DNA from: Mantamonas sphyraenae STR306 | Lineage: Eukaryota > Protista > CRuMs | Assembly (NCBI GenBank): GCA_026936335.1 | Contig: JAPMXV010000009.1 | Location: 186,001 to 250,000 of the forward strand | Length of the DNA: 64,000 nucleotides | Direction of reading: 5' to 3' | Shown: piece by piece, positions 12,618-24,377 of the stretch | Position numbering within the stretch: position 1 is the first letter of the stretch | Layout: each line of letters begins with the position of its first letter | Program-made: the position numbers and the translations under genes | The notes under the pieces: model-generated | Seen by the model: only the letters and a program-made list of their open reading frames with translations | Databases searched by the model: none | What the model was told of the DNA's origin: nothing

Positions 12618-14319
12618 TCACTGGAACCCTATCTCCAAATCCGAATCGCTGTGCTCTCCTGCAGCGACGTCTGCACGTGTCTTGAGACCCATGTCGACTT
12701 CGCGGACGCCTCCTCCGCCGCCTCCGCCGCCCCCACGCCTTGCGGCATTCCCTTGTCGCCGTTGCCTTTGTCTCACGCGAGTGCTGCTGTGTGAGGTGGC
12801 GTAGTCATCGTCTCCCGGATCCTCCATGTCGTTGTCACCGTACTCCAGGTCCTCGCTGAACATCCCCGTGTCGTCGATGCTCTCCATGCGTGTGTGCAAA
12901 CGTGCCCCGTGCGCTCGTGATGCCTTTCCCGTCGTCCTCCTGCGTCCCATGGTCCCAGAGTCGTCCAGGTCCACCTCGTCGTCGTAGCGCACGTCGGACA
13001 AGGCTCCCGCCGCGGCCGCTGCCGATTCTTCGCTGTCTGCCGGTGATGCCAATCCCGATTGGTCGTAACTTGTGTTGTATCCTGTGCCTCCTCCAGCCCC
13101 GGAGGATGACAGGGCGTTTGCTCTGTTCTTGCTTCGTCCCTGTTTGCCTCCGTGCTTGCGATGTTGTTGTCGCTTTCCCTGCTTCTGCCTCCGCCCTGCT
13201 CCGCCTCCACCCAATGCCAGCCTGTCATCCATTCCATCGTCCATGTCGTCATCGTCATCCTCCTCCTCATCATCATCGTCATCATCATCGTCGTCGTCAT
13301 CATCGTCGTCGTCATCACCACGACGTCTTCCCCGCTTCTTCCGGTTGCTATCATCGTGATCATCATCATCATTGTCATCGTCATCGTCGCCCTCTCTCTT
13401 TCCTCCTCCTCCTCCTCCTCCTCCTTTCTTCTTCTTCTTTTTCTTCTTCTTCTTCACCACACCCGATTCGACCAGTGCGTCTTGCAGCGTGTTGCTCACC
13501 ACCTCCATCACATGTGACACGGACTCTGTTCGCATGCGTTCACGCACCGCTTGTTGCAGGTCACTGAACGACTTGATCCGTTGGTACCCAGACAGCTTGC
13601 CATCGCCATCGTTGCCTGCTCCTGCTCCTGCTGTGTTCTTTTGTGCCTGCCTGGCTGCTGCAAGCACAGACACTTGGCTCTCGCTGGCCCCGGCTGGTTC
13701 CAGCGAATCGCCACTGCCCCACCGGTACACAGTGCCACCACCGCCCATGCTAATGCTGTTGGAGCGTCTGGTCTCACTTCCACCCAACTCCTTGACCCGT
13801 CGCAGCGACTTGGGTGCCGGAGGCGTGGCTCCCGGCGGCCCCATCATCGCTGCCTCCAACCCAGGACTCTTCTTGCCCTTCTTTGGCGACGATGGACTGG
13901 ACGACGCCACAGTGGCGGTGGCGTTCGATGGCGACGTCGATGCCGCAGCAGTGCGTTGCTGTTCGTACGCCACCAGATTCGGCATGGAGGTGGTGTGGTG
14001 CATCCCACCCTGCTCTCCATCTTTGTTGTTGCCCGCCTTGGATTTCGCTTTGCCAGCGGCACCGTCCTTGGTTCGATCCAAAAACAGCGGCGACGTCGAC
14101 GCGTCGCCTGCCACCGCGCTTGCGTCACCCACACCGGCTCCATGCTCGCGAGCCAACACATCCAACACAAGCTGGGCCGGACTCTCGCCTCCCAGTGCCG
14201 TTCCGTTGCGCATGGCAGTGGTGCTGAGTGTCCCCGCGCCGGTCCCACCTGTGTTGTTTCTGTTGGTTGTCGTGTTGTGGTGGTTGCCCATTGTCGCTGC
14301 CTGTGTGTCTGTACCTGTA

Positions 14320-14354
<35 letters not shown>

Positions 14355-15146
14355 CCCCGATGCCACACCCCTGCGTCCCTTGCGCAGGTAGTCCTGGATG
14401 GCCAACCGTTGCAGTTCCACCTTTTCCACCAGCAATTTCTGCCGCTGCCGTTCCGCCTCCACACGTGCCACCGTCTCTTCCAACTTGTCATTGATGTGTT
14501 TGTGCACCACCCCCTCGCTGACACTCATCTGCCTCTCCACCGCCTCCAGGGTCAACGTCGCCCCCGTCCCCTGTCCCTGTCCGTCGGACATCAGAGCATG
14601 CTGCCGTCGCACTCGCTCCATGTGTGCCAGCTTCTCCTGTGCCTCAATGCCCTCCTGGAGCAGCTTCTCCATTTCGTCAAACAGCAGCAGCATCGTCACT
14701 TCCGCGTCGCTGAAGAACCCATTGCTGTTCAGCATCGCCTTCTTCTCGTGTTTGATCTCATTATACACCTGCTGCCATCGTCCTTCAAACTTCCCATGCA
14801 GTTGCTCAAACCGCGTGTTCACCAGCGTTTGCATGCTAAGTCCCAAACAAACCGGTGTGAGTTTCCTTTGGGGTGGGGGGGGCTGCACACTTTCATGTCT
14901 CTCTCCTCACAGCCACCCAACGCAGCTGCAGCCTGTCCACGCAAAACAACCCACCGTTCCATGGCATTCTTATACTCGTTGCGTTCCAGCTTCAGGTCGA
15001 GGATGTCTCCAAACATGCCTTGCATGCGTCGATCGACGTCTTTGCGGTGTGCAAGTTCAATCTCCAGCTTGGCCTGCGCCTCCTGTGACCTCGCACGCAG
15101 TGAGTGCCGTGTCAGACGGGTGTGTTGCGGGGGCATGTTCATGCAT

Positions 15147-15183
<37 letters not shown>

Positions 15184-15777
15184 TTCACACAGCAGCCAAC
15201 CATCACATGGAATGTGTGTGCGAAGCGAGGCAAAAAGGTTGCGTGCGGGTGATGCTGGTGATGAACCCTCCGACGACGACGAGGGACGACTTACCTGAGC
15301 CTGTCGCCTGAGCTGGACACCCCACCAGACCACGACAACGAGGGAAGTGCCTGCTGTGCTGATGCCCAACTGCATGAGCAAATCCCAGTGTTGGTTGCAC
15401 CAGGCCAGCACGTACGAGCCCCAGTGCTGGAGGTGACCCACGGCCTGCATCATCAGCTCCTCCAGCCCGAAACGACGCAGGAATTGCCGAATGTTACGCA
15501 GCAGAAGTGGCGAGATGCGTTTGAACAGGTCACTGATCCACTTGCGCAACACCTGGTCTGGTCGCCATCGGCTCGCCTGTGCGTTGAGGCTGGCTTCCAC
15601 CTTTGCACTTTGTCGCAGGTGCTGCACCACCGCTTGCTGCACTCGCGCCGCCCTTTTTGCCGTCTCACGCTTCGTCAGAGCCTTGGTGGCCCCTCCGCCC
15701 GCTCCACCTCCTCCGCCTCCACCACGGCTCTCGCCACCGTCCACCTCCGATGGCACTTGGATCGGTATGTCGCGCAT
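12618..15777 (-). CDS. Hypothetical protein: one predicted TM segment, coiled coil, long low-complexity tail; introns 15294-15083 and 14954-14836
   Basis: Three ORFs join in frame through canonical GT-AG introns. TM-like 'LGISTAGTSLVVVVWWGV'. Start codon uncertain. Confidence 0.6.
14308..14354. repeat. Hexanucleotide repeat encoding (Gly-Thr)n
   Basis: (cctgtg/cctgta)n inside the 12618-15777 gene. Confidence 0.9.
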
Positions 15778-15842
15778 TGGTGCGTGCGGCGCCACCTCGC
15801 CCAAACCACGACGAAGGAACACACACACACACACAGTCACGC

Positions 15843-18437
15843 ATGGATTCGTCAGTGTCGTTGGGGACATCGAATCGGGCGGCCAGCAGTGTGCCTGCGT
15901 TGTCCAAGTCGACCAACAGCATGCAGACGCGTGTGTACTGGCCACGTCACTGTGCCAACTCGCCTTCGGGCTTCATTGTCGGCTGGAACCCACGCAAGTT
16001 CAACGCCTGCGTGGCCACCATTGTGCCAGGTGTGGACTACACCCTTCTCCACAGAGTCTTGGCCTCCTTTGCCAAGCAGCCAAAGTACGCCACCCTCTTT
16101 GGCTTTGTCGGAGGGCCCCCCGAGATCATCGGCAAATGGACCAACCGCTCTGGCGGCGCGGCAAACAACACCACCTCTGGTTCCTCGTCACCATCCTCCT
16201 CCTCCTCATCATCATCATCATCATCACCATCCTCCTCATCATCATCATCATCCTCCTCTTTCTCATCCTCCTCCTCCAGTCACATGGATACGGCAGGGAT
16301 GGTGGATAGCAAGGTGAAGCAAGCAGCCGACCTGTGGCTGAATCTCAACGCATCGGCAAGCGGCCCACGGCTCACCGAAGTTTACTGCTGCGGGTACCGA
16401 TATCGTACTGCGTTGCATCTTGTGTATTACGATCAGCCACACACGGAGGATTGGTTTGCGGCTCGGCAGGCGTCACTGGACCCCACAGACTACCGGGAAG
16501 ATGGGAGCATGGTGGTGCACGCACACTCGGAGGGCACACACATGGGATTGAGTGCAGTGAACGTCATTACACGGAGGGATGACGACGACGCATTGCCAGG
16601 CATGTCATCGTCACGACCTGTACAACGGACAAGTGACCTCGAGTGGACGTTGCGTCAGATCAACCTCAGCCAACCCATCGAAGAGTGCATTCTCCATGCC
16701 GTGCGTTCGCTCATGGACAATGACGACGATGGCGTCAACGAAGCCGGCGTGCACAATAGCAACAGTGACTCGCACGCGTTGTCAGTGTCATCGTCACACG
16801 TCGAACGAGAGGCGCAGCGGGACAACGATTCCAGCGCCGTCTCGTCCACCACCACCACCACCACCACCACCTCTTTGTCCACAGGACACAGCAGCAGTGC
16901 CACCCCGTTGGCAGACAGGGAACCACAGTGGCTCACCAACAAGGTGGCCGTGGATGGAAGCGAGTTGGAAAGCCGGGTATGGCAACAGGAGCAACGTGCA
17001 GCGAGGCATGAGGGCACCGTGTGGCAAACAGTGGACAACGCTCGCCGGTTGTTGTCTGAAGCCACCATTCTGGTGTTGGTCATGTACCGTGCCTTTCTTC
17101 AGGTCATCCTGTACCTGTTGCACGCCGAGTTGCCGCTGTGGCTGGGGGGCGGCCGACTGTCCGATCGTACGGGATTCACCGCACAGCTGGAGATCCGAGT
17201 GGCGGAAATGTCCACCTGGCCGCGACGATGGATGGATTACAAACGGCGGTGGAAGTTTACGCACGGCAACCGTGCGGTGCGTCTGGCCTTCTACAACAGT
17301 GTGGCCGTGGTTGTGTTGGATGTGCTCATCGGCATGCTCCTGGGCTACCTGCTGTGGATGCACATCGACGCATGCGAGGATCACATGTACACGTTGCAGT
17401 CCAGGTACAACGCATGGCTTACAGATTGGATCACATGGCTCATGGGATGGCCTGCCGGTCTCAAACTCAACGACCACCTCGACAGCTTCTATGGCAATGT
17501 TTGCAAAACATGCATTGCCCTCTGGCAGGCGTTGATCGTGTACATGCGCCCTGCGGTGCGTATGCTGTTGCAGGCGCTGTCCATGTGTGGCATGCTGGGT
17601 GCGTGTGCCATCTTTGGGTTGACCTCGGATATTCTGGCGTTTCTCACCGCACACGTGTTTGCCTTTTACAACACCGTGGCGCTGTTGTACAGCGTGCAAT
17701 TGGGTGTTATCATGGCGTTGTACCGATTGTTTATGGGCAAGAAGAAGAATGTGCTGCGCAACCGGGTGGACAACTGTGAATACGACCTGGAACAGACGCT
17801 GCTTGGCACCCTGCTGTTTGTGGTCAACTTCTTCCTGTTTCCCACCACCACTGTCTACTACCTGTTTTTCATCAGCTCCCGCGTGGTCATCCTCGGCCTC
17901 CACAGCATCCTCACCACGCTGGTCATCCTCCTCAGCCACGCCCCCATTGCAACCCTCCTCATCTGGATCTTCAAACCCTACCGCCTCCCCGGTGGCATTT
18001 ACGTCGCCATCCACAAGCGCACCAACAGCAACAGCAGCAAGACAAGCGCTGCCGACGCTCCCGTCATCACCGAGCCTCCTCCCAACAGCCTTGGCACTGC
18101 AATTGCAGGCAACCAGGAGCTGCCGGCCAAGGGTAAAGGTCGATGGAAGGCCATGATGCGCTCGCGTGCCACCTACCTCCGCCTGTGTCAACGCAGACTG
18201 CCTCTCCACCACATTTTCTTTCAATACGCAGCCTTGTGGCGCATTTGCACCGACCACTACCGACCGTCGCAGCTCGTGTCGTCGGGCCTCACGGGTCAGC
18301 CTGTACCCACGTCGCCTCCGCTTGTGTATCCCAAGTTTGAGATCCGTGCGGTGTCGTCTCTGGTGGACTTTTGGCTGTTTCTCAAGTTGCACGTGTCGCC
18401 TGTGCCCTTCCACGTGGAGAAAACAAAGCTCGATTGA
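15843..18437 (+). CDS. PIGQ: GPI-GlcNAc transferase subunit PIG-Q/Gpi1
   Basis: 'WLMGWPAGLKLNDHL', 'LYRLFMGKKKNVLRNRVDNCEYDLEQTLLGTLLF', 'FLFPTT'. Confidence 0.93.
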   Translation: MDSSVSLGTSNRAASSVPALSKSTNSMQTRVYWPRHCANSPSGFIVGWNPRKFNACVATIVPGVDYTLLHRVLASFAKQPKYATLFGFVGGPPEIIGKWTNRSGGAANNTTSGSSSPSSSSSSSSSSSPSSSSSSSSSSFSSSSSSHMDTAGMVDSKVKQAADLWLNLNASASGPRLTEVYCCGYRYRTALHLVYYDQPHTEDWFAARQASLDPTDYREDGSMVVHAHSEGTHMGLSAVNVITRRDDDDALPGMSSSRPVQRTSDLEWTLRQINLSQPIEECILHAVRSLMDNDDDGVNEAGVHNSNSDSHALSVSSSHVEREAQRDNDSSAVSSTTTTTTTTSLSTGHSSSATPLADREPQWLTNKVAVDGSELESRVWQQEQRAARHEGTVWQTVDNARRLLSEATILVLVMYRAFLQVILYLLHAELPLWLGGGRLSDRTGFTAQLEIRVAEMSTWPRRWMDYKRRWKFTHGNRAVRLAFYNSVAVVVLDVLIGMLLGYLLWMHIDACEDHMYTLQSRYNAWLTDWITWLMGWPAGLKLNDHLDSFYGNVCKTCIALWQALIVYMRPAVRMLLQALSMCGMLGACAIFGLTSDILAFLTAHVFAFYNTVALLYSVQLGVIMALYRLFMGKKKNVLRNRVDNCEYDLEQTLLGTLLFVVNFFLFPTTTVYYLFFISSRVVILGLHSILTTLVILLSHAPIATLLIWIFKPYRLPGGIYVAIHKRTNSNSSKTSAADAPVITEPPPNSLGTAIAGNQELPAKGKGRWKAMMRSRATYLRLCQRRLPLHHIFFQYAALWRICTDHYRPSQLVSSGLTGQPVPTSPPLVYPKFEIRAVSSLVDFWLFLKLHVSPVPFHVEKTKLD

Positions 18438-18523
18438 TGCCATTTTTGTTGTGGTGGTGGTGGTCGTGGATGAGCCTCATTCCCTCTTCCCTTCCCCTCT
18501 CCGCCGCCCCTCCTTCTTGTCCA

Positions 18524-20679
18524 TCAGCCATCGACTTCCAACTCCACCTGCATTTGCGGCAATTGCGCCTGACTCGATCGCAGCGGGGAGCGTGGCGAAC
18601 TGCGTGGTGATCGTGAGCGCACCGTCTTCTTTGCAAACAGAAACGGCGACTCTTGCATCACGTCCCGAAAGGGCAAGTAGACCATGTCTTCCGCCTGTGT
18701 GTGTTTCAACGCCTCATATGCGCTCTCATCTGCACCCATTCCGCCACCTCCTGCACCACCGCCTCCGCCTCCACCGCTTCGACCTCCTCGGCGTGCCGTT
18801 GTCAACCGTGACGACGATCCACTGCCGTCGTCCCCCTCATCTCCTGCGTCGATGGTGGGCAACGAGCCCAGGCTGCCATACCCGCTGCCCAGGCGTCCCA
18901 AACTGCCGCCGCTCCCGCTTGGTGTCATCCCACCCTTGGCAGACGATGATGACGATGAGGAGGATGATGATGATGTGTTCGCGTTGTTGTTGTTGTTGTT
19001 GGTCGTGCTGCCGCTGCTGGTCGTCGTCGTCGTCGTCGTCGTCATCTTACCCGTCTCCACGTTGAGCGTCTGTGAGAGCATCTTGGAGCTGGAGGAGGAT
19101 ACGGAGCCGCGAGATCGCAGGGTGGAGCGCCTGCGGGCGGTCTTTTTGGACATTGCCTGACTGGCATACAGGTGTGTGATGAGGGGCGACTGGGCACGTA
19201 CGGCGGCATGGATGGTGCTCTTGTGCTTGTTGGTGACCTTTTTCGTCGCGAACGGCGCACCTTGCCCTTGCCCTTGACCTTGCCTTGGATGCCACGGTAG
19301 CCACCGACGCCATGCAGGGAGTAGCTAAAGTCGTCGGCGTCCTCCTCTTCATCCGAGCTCACGTACTCGTCTGTGTTTTGTTTGCGGTTGACCACCAGGT
19401 TCACCTTGGGGATGTCGTCCGTGCCGTGGTAGCGACGGATGTACAACTCCTTCAGCGTGGGCATCTTTTCCTTGGCGTGGTACTTTCGCTTCTCCAGGTT
19501 GAAGAAGCGTGTCCTGTACATGCGTCCCATCTCCGACTCAATCAGCCGGTAGTACTTGCCGTTGAACAGGATGAACAGCAGCTTGATCGTAAACTCACAC
19601 ATGGTTTCGTAGAACACCTCTTCACGCAGTGGCTTCTTGGCCAGCAAGCGTGCATAGTCCATCAGAATGGACGAGTAGGCAGAAGCCATCGACGCCAGGC
19701 AACCCTTCATGTCTTCCTGTGCCTGGTCCAACTCCTCCTCCAATTCGGCCCTGCTCTTGCTCGATTGGCCCTCTGTGTCATTGCCTCCGCCTCCACCTCC
19801 GCTTCCACCCCCATTGCTTGTGTTGCCCGATGTGCCATTGTGGCTGTGACTGTGGCTGAGACCGGAGGTGTCCTTCTCCTCTTCCAGCTCCTTGAGGGCA
19901 TCTGCTGCTTGTCGCTTGCGGAAGAAGCATCCAAAGTAAAAGATGGTGGCCATCAGGTAGCGATTGAACACATCGCTGTCGTACAGCTTCATGAACAGGG
20001 TGTGTGGTCCTGTGACGTCGCCCACCACCATGTTCATCTTTCGCAGCTCGTTGCACGTCACTTTGGTCAATGCCAAATCTGCCACGGGGGGGGAGGGGAG
20101 GGTCCATCAGTGCCATTGTCAGTGTCATTGACCAGGGTGTGGTGTGACGCATCGCCACCCCCGCAATGAGCTCTGTGCAAACTCGACACTTACCCTTTGC
20201 CTCACGAAACTTGAACACCGCCGGCGCCCGTCGCTCAGCTTCAACCTCCGCTTCCGTGCGCTTGCCGAATGACGACACCCCCAACAGACCTGTGCTCCCG
20301 TACCGACTGTGTGCATCCAGCCAGCGACAGCAGGCGTGGCTGTGAGTTTGCTTCCTTTCCTTCCAAATGAACCGTTGGCCCTACCACAGGTAAACACGCC
20401 ACAGGACGCATGCAACGTCCCACACAGACAAGCAAACACATGGAGGAGGCACATTTCATGCATGCATGCAAGGTGGGTGGACACACACGCGGGCGAACCC
20501 TACCTGGATCGGTCATCGCTACTGGCAAACGAAGTGATGGAATCCTGACGGATGCGCAGCTTGCCGGGGACGCTGGAGCGGTCGAGGTCTGAGCCCAGGC
20601 GGTTTGAAGCGGCAATGGACAGGCGCCGTGGCGTGGCTGGTTCGACCACTGTGTTTGGAACCCCGGCAGAGTTGTCCAT
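18524..20679 (-). CDS. PPP1R36: PPP1R36-like PP1 regulatory subunit; 3 exons, apparent frameshift at the T5 run 19239-19243
   Basis: 'EEVFYETMCEF...IESEMGRMYRTRFFN' and, after frame correction, 'STIHAAVRAQSPLITHLY' resemble the PPP1R36 conserved blocks. Confidence 0.65.
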
Positions 20680-20797
20680 GCGCGGTGTTGGCGTTGGCTG
20701 AGCCACAGCAAACAGCCCCTCGCACACACATACCCGCGCACATTCAACCCGTGTCTGTGTCGAATTATATCGAGACATTTGTCGAGACACACACAGC

Positions 20798-23588
20798 ATG
20801 TTTAGTTTCGAGTATGGCGAGGAGGAGGAGGAGTATGAGGAAGAGCTCTTCTTCTACGACAACCTGACGCCCATCGAGAGGCTGACCGAGTTTGTCATCC
20901 ACTCGGACATCCCCGTGCAAAGGTAGGTCACGCGTGGGGTGTGAAATGTGTGTGTGTGCGAGAGAGAGAGAGAGAGGGTGTGAGTGTGCAGAGCCGAAGA
21001 AGCGGGAAACGGAGTTGAAGATCCTGACGCGCGCGCACCGCAATTGGCATGGTTGCCTCGTGCGGACCTTGGCGCAAACAGGGTGAGCACACTGCAGCGG
21101 TTGAGTTCGATTGCGCGTGAGGTGGGCTTCAACGACACATGCGACCAAATCCTGCCCATTATGGAACAGCTGAGCACAGACCAAGGTGGGTTGGAGCATT
21201 CCGTTTTCGGCGGCTTGATGTTCAGCAGCCGCGCACGGCTCGCCATGACCCGCATTCCACACACACGTCGCACCCGATCGCATCACATGGGCACACATTG
21301 TGCAAGGGCGAATCAACAGGCTTTCAGCGTGTCTGTGTGGTTCATGCGAGGGCGTTGAACCGTGCCGCAGAAGGAATCGACCCTCTTGGGGCCTCTGACA
21401 CAGCGTGTCAACACATCACACCCTCGCACACACGATCACATACACACCATGATGCACACCCACAGAGTTCTCCATTCGCATGGTGACAGCAGAGCAGCTG
21501 GTGCCGATAGCCGAGTTTCTGCAAGAGGTGAGTGGGGAGAGGGCGAAGGAATGCAGAGGCGAGAGCCGCGCGCGACCGGGAAGTGGGCCGAGGCACCGAC
21601 GAGGCCAAAACGGGGACCCGTGGCAGGCGTGCACATGACACGGAAACAATGCAATGAGATACTAACAGGGCAAGTGGGGGGTTGGCGGCTCACAGTATGA
21701 CGACCAGGGAATCTCGTATGTGGAGAATCGTGTGATTCCGCTGTGCATTGATCTTGCGCAGGACAACACGACGGAGGTGCGTGAGGCAGCTGTGCACTCG
21801 TTCATTGTGTGTGTGAAAATGCTACCGTTGCACCAACTGGAAGGGGCGGTGTTGCCCGTGCTGTCGCAGTTTGCGTCGTCGAGCATCGACGAAGACTTGC
21901 GCTCGCTGTCGATGACAATCGTGGACCAGCTGGCAGAGAGTTTGGACGCCGATGTGTTGCTTCACAACTGTCTGCCCCATGTGTTGGATCTGGCGGACGA
22001 CCCCATCTTCCGTGTGCGCAAGGCGGTGGTGGGCAACCTGCAGGGGTTGTCGCGGCACATTGCGCCCGTGGACGCCGAGGCGCAGGTGCTGCCTCTGTTT
22101 CAAGCGTTGGCACAGGACGAGATTTGGGGAGTGCGCAAGGCTGCGTGTGAGGCCATTGTGGGACTGTGCGAATGCTACCCGGTGGAGGTGCGCACGGCCC
22201 AGCTGCAGGCCATCTTTGTGGACTTTCTCAACGACCAGTCGCGGTGGGTGCGCAGTTCGGCACACGAACACTTGGGTCACTTCATTTCCTTGCTGGCTGA
22301 GGACAAGCACAGCATTGATGCGCGACTGGTGAAGCAGTTTCTGGACATGGCCGGCAGTGGGGCCACCCTGCACACGGACGCAGACACGCCGGTGATGTGT
22401 GCCTTCAACTTCCCCGCCGTGTTGTGGTCGTTGGGTGCAGAGCGGTGGGAGGAGTTGCGTCCCAGCTACGAAGCGTTGTGCAAGGACATGCAGTGGAAGG
22501 TCAGGCGCACTCTTGCCTTTTCCATCCACGAATTTGCAGGCATTCTGGGACCCGAAATCAGTGAGAAGCAGCTGTTGCCTGCGTTTGACATGTTCATTCG
22601 CGACCTCGACGAGGTGCGCGTGGGCTGTGTCACCCACCTGGCCGACTTTGTCTCCAAACTCAATGGCAGTGCACGCGAAGAGGTCATTCCACTTATCCAG
22701 GGTGTGGAGGAGGACAGTGCCAACAACTGGCGCATGCGTGAGCTTCTGGCCAAACAGATTGCCGCCTTTTGCGTGCAGTTTGCGGCTCCATCCCTTGCCG
22801 AGGTCATTGTGCCCATGTGGCGTCGACTGCTCCAGGATCCCGTCAGCAGTGTGCGTGTGGCCGCCTGTGCCGCCACAGCCACCGTGCTCACTGTTGTGGA
22901 CCGCGATGCACTCGTGAGCGAGCTTGCCATGCTCGCCAACAGCTCTGCCCACCGTCAGCGCCAGGTGTATCTTGCCTGTGCGCCTGCCTTTGTACATGTG
23001 CTCAACGCAGCCAAGTTTGAGGAAGCCGTGTTGCCTGTGCTGTCCACTCTGGCTCAGGACCCCGTGGCCAACGTGCGTCTCAAGCTTGCCCAACTCCTGG
23101 CTGGATGGGCAACCGCAGGCGCTGCCACAGCGGCCTCCCAGATCAAGGAGATGCTCGAGTTGCTGTCACGCGACACAGACAGCGATGTGCAGTACAACGC
23201 CCTCGTGGGGCTGGAGAGTGTCAAGGAGCACCTGCAGGCGGCCGGACAAGGAAGCAGCCACGGGAACAACGAGAACAACGGGCCTTCGTCCTCGTCCTCG
23301 TCATCCTCGTCGTCGGATGACCCAGTGGTGCCTGCCCTCAAGGTGAATACGCGTAAGGAGGATACCGTTGCTGGTCATGTACAGAGTCCCAGGACAGCGG
23401 AGCTTGCCAACCAAGAGGATCAGACGAACCACCGCTCACCCAGGGAGGCCCTCCTGGCTGCAGGAGACGCCGGCGGCACGGGCAGTGTGGATAGCGACGC
23501 AGAGTCGGAAGCCACTCTGAGTGATTACGATGAGGATGAGGACAGTGACGAGGCAGAGGCAGTGTTCAGCGACGAAGAAAACCACTGA
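20798..23588 (+). CDS. PPP4R1: Protein phosphatase 4 regulatory subunit 1 (HEAT repeats); 4 exons
   Basis: 'DNLTPIERL', 'CAFNFPAVLWSLG', 'DMQWKVRRTLAFSIHE', 'DLDEVRVG', 'NWRMRELLA'. Confidence 0.88.
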
Positions 23589-23599
23589 GTGCAAGTTGT

Positions 23600-24175
23600 T
23601 CAGCTTTCCGTTGTTTCCTGCTCCCTTGCATGCATGACCTCGTGCAGCACGCCACTTTCGATCCCCCGGCGCATGTTGATCACGTTTGCATCTGCTTCTG
23701 CTTCCAGAAGGGTGGTGACGTCGGCGAGGGAGCGATTCTGTGCGGCCAGATGGAGGGCGGTGGTTCTCCCGTCGTGCGCCACAGCATGCACGTCTGCACC
23801 TGCATCCAGGAGCATGCTTACCAGCTCGTCGTCACAATGATCTTGGCTCACTGCCTTGAGGAGAGCTGGCCAGGCGGTGTCAACGTTTGGGTCTGCGTCG
23901 CGGGAGAGCAGGAACCGAACCATGTCCACATTTTCAGTGTGGATGGAGCAGAAAAGTGGAGTGTGGTTCATGGAATCAGTGCAGTTGATATCCACACCGT
24001 GGTCGAGGAGCACTTGGGCGAGTGGAATCGATTCGGCACGGATGGCCGCAAAAAGCGCCCACTTCCCAACTCCACCTTCCAGCCTCTCCGATCCGTGCTC
24101 CTCCAGCAACGTGGCCACAGTGTCAATGTCCCCTTTCTGCACGAAAAACGCAATGTTGGGTCTGAATGTGCTCAT
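23600..24175 (-). CDS. Ankyrin-repeat protein
   Basis: 'LLDHGVDIN', 'HTPLF', 'LLDAGADVH', 'TALHLAA'. Confidence 0.85.
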   Translation of the reverse strand: MSTFRPNIAFFVQKGDIDTVATLLEEHGSERLEGGVGKWALFAAIRAESIPLAQVLLDHGVDINCTDSMNHTPLFCSIHTENVDMVRFLLSRDADPNVDTAWPALLKAVSQDHCDDELVSMLLDAGADVHAVAHDGRTTALHLAAQNRSLADVTTLLEAEADANVINMRRGIESGVLHEVMHAREQETTES

Positions 24176-24377
24176 TTTGATTGGTTTTGTGCGCGCCCTT
24201 CCCTACTACGCGCCATGGAGCACGGAGCGCACGTACCGTGCCTCTCGCAGTGTCATGTCCCCCAGATTGGGATCAGCACGGCTCGTTTGACGCAAGGGCT
24301 TCATTCAAATCGGATTCAACGTGTTCCATTTTGCTTTTCTTTTGGTCCCCTTCTCGCAGTTCCCCATCATCCGCACA

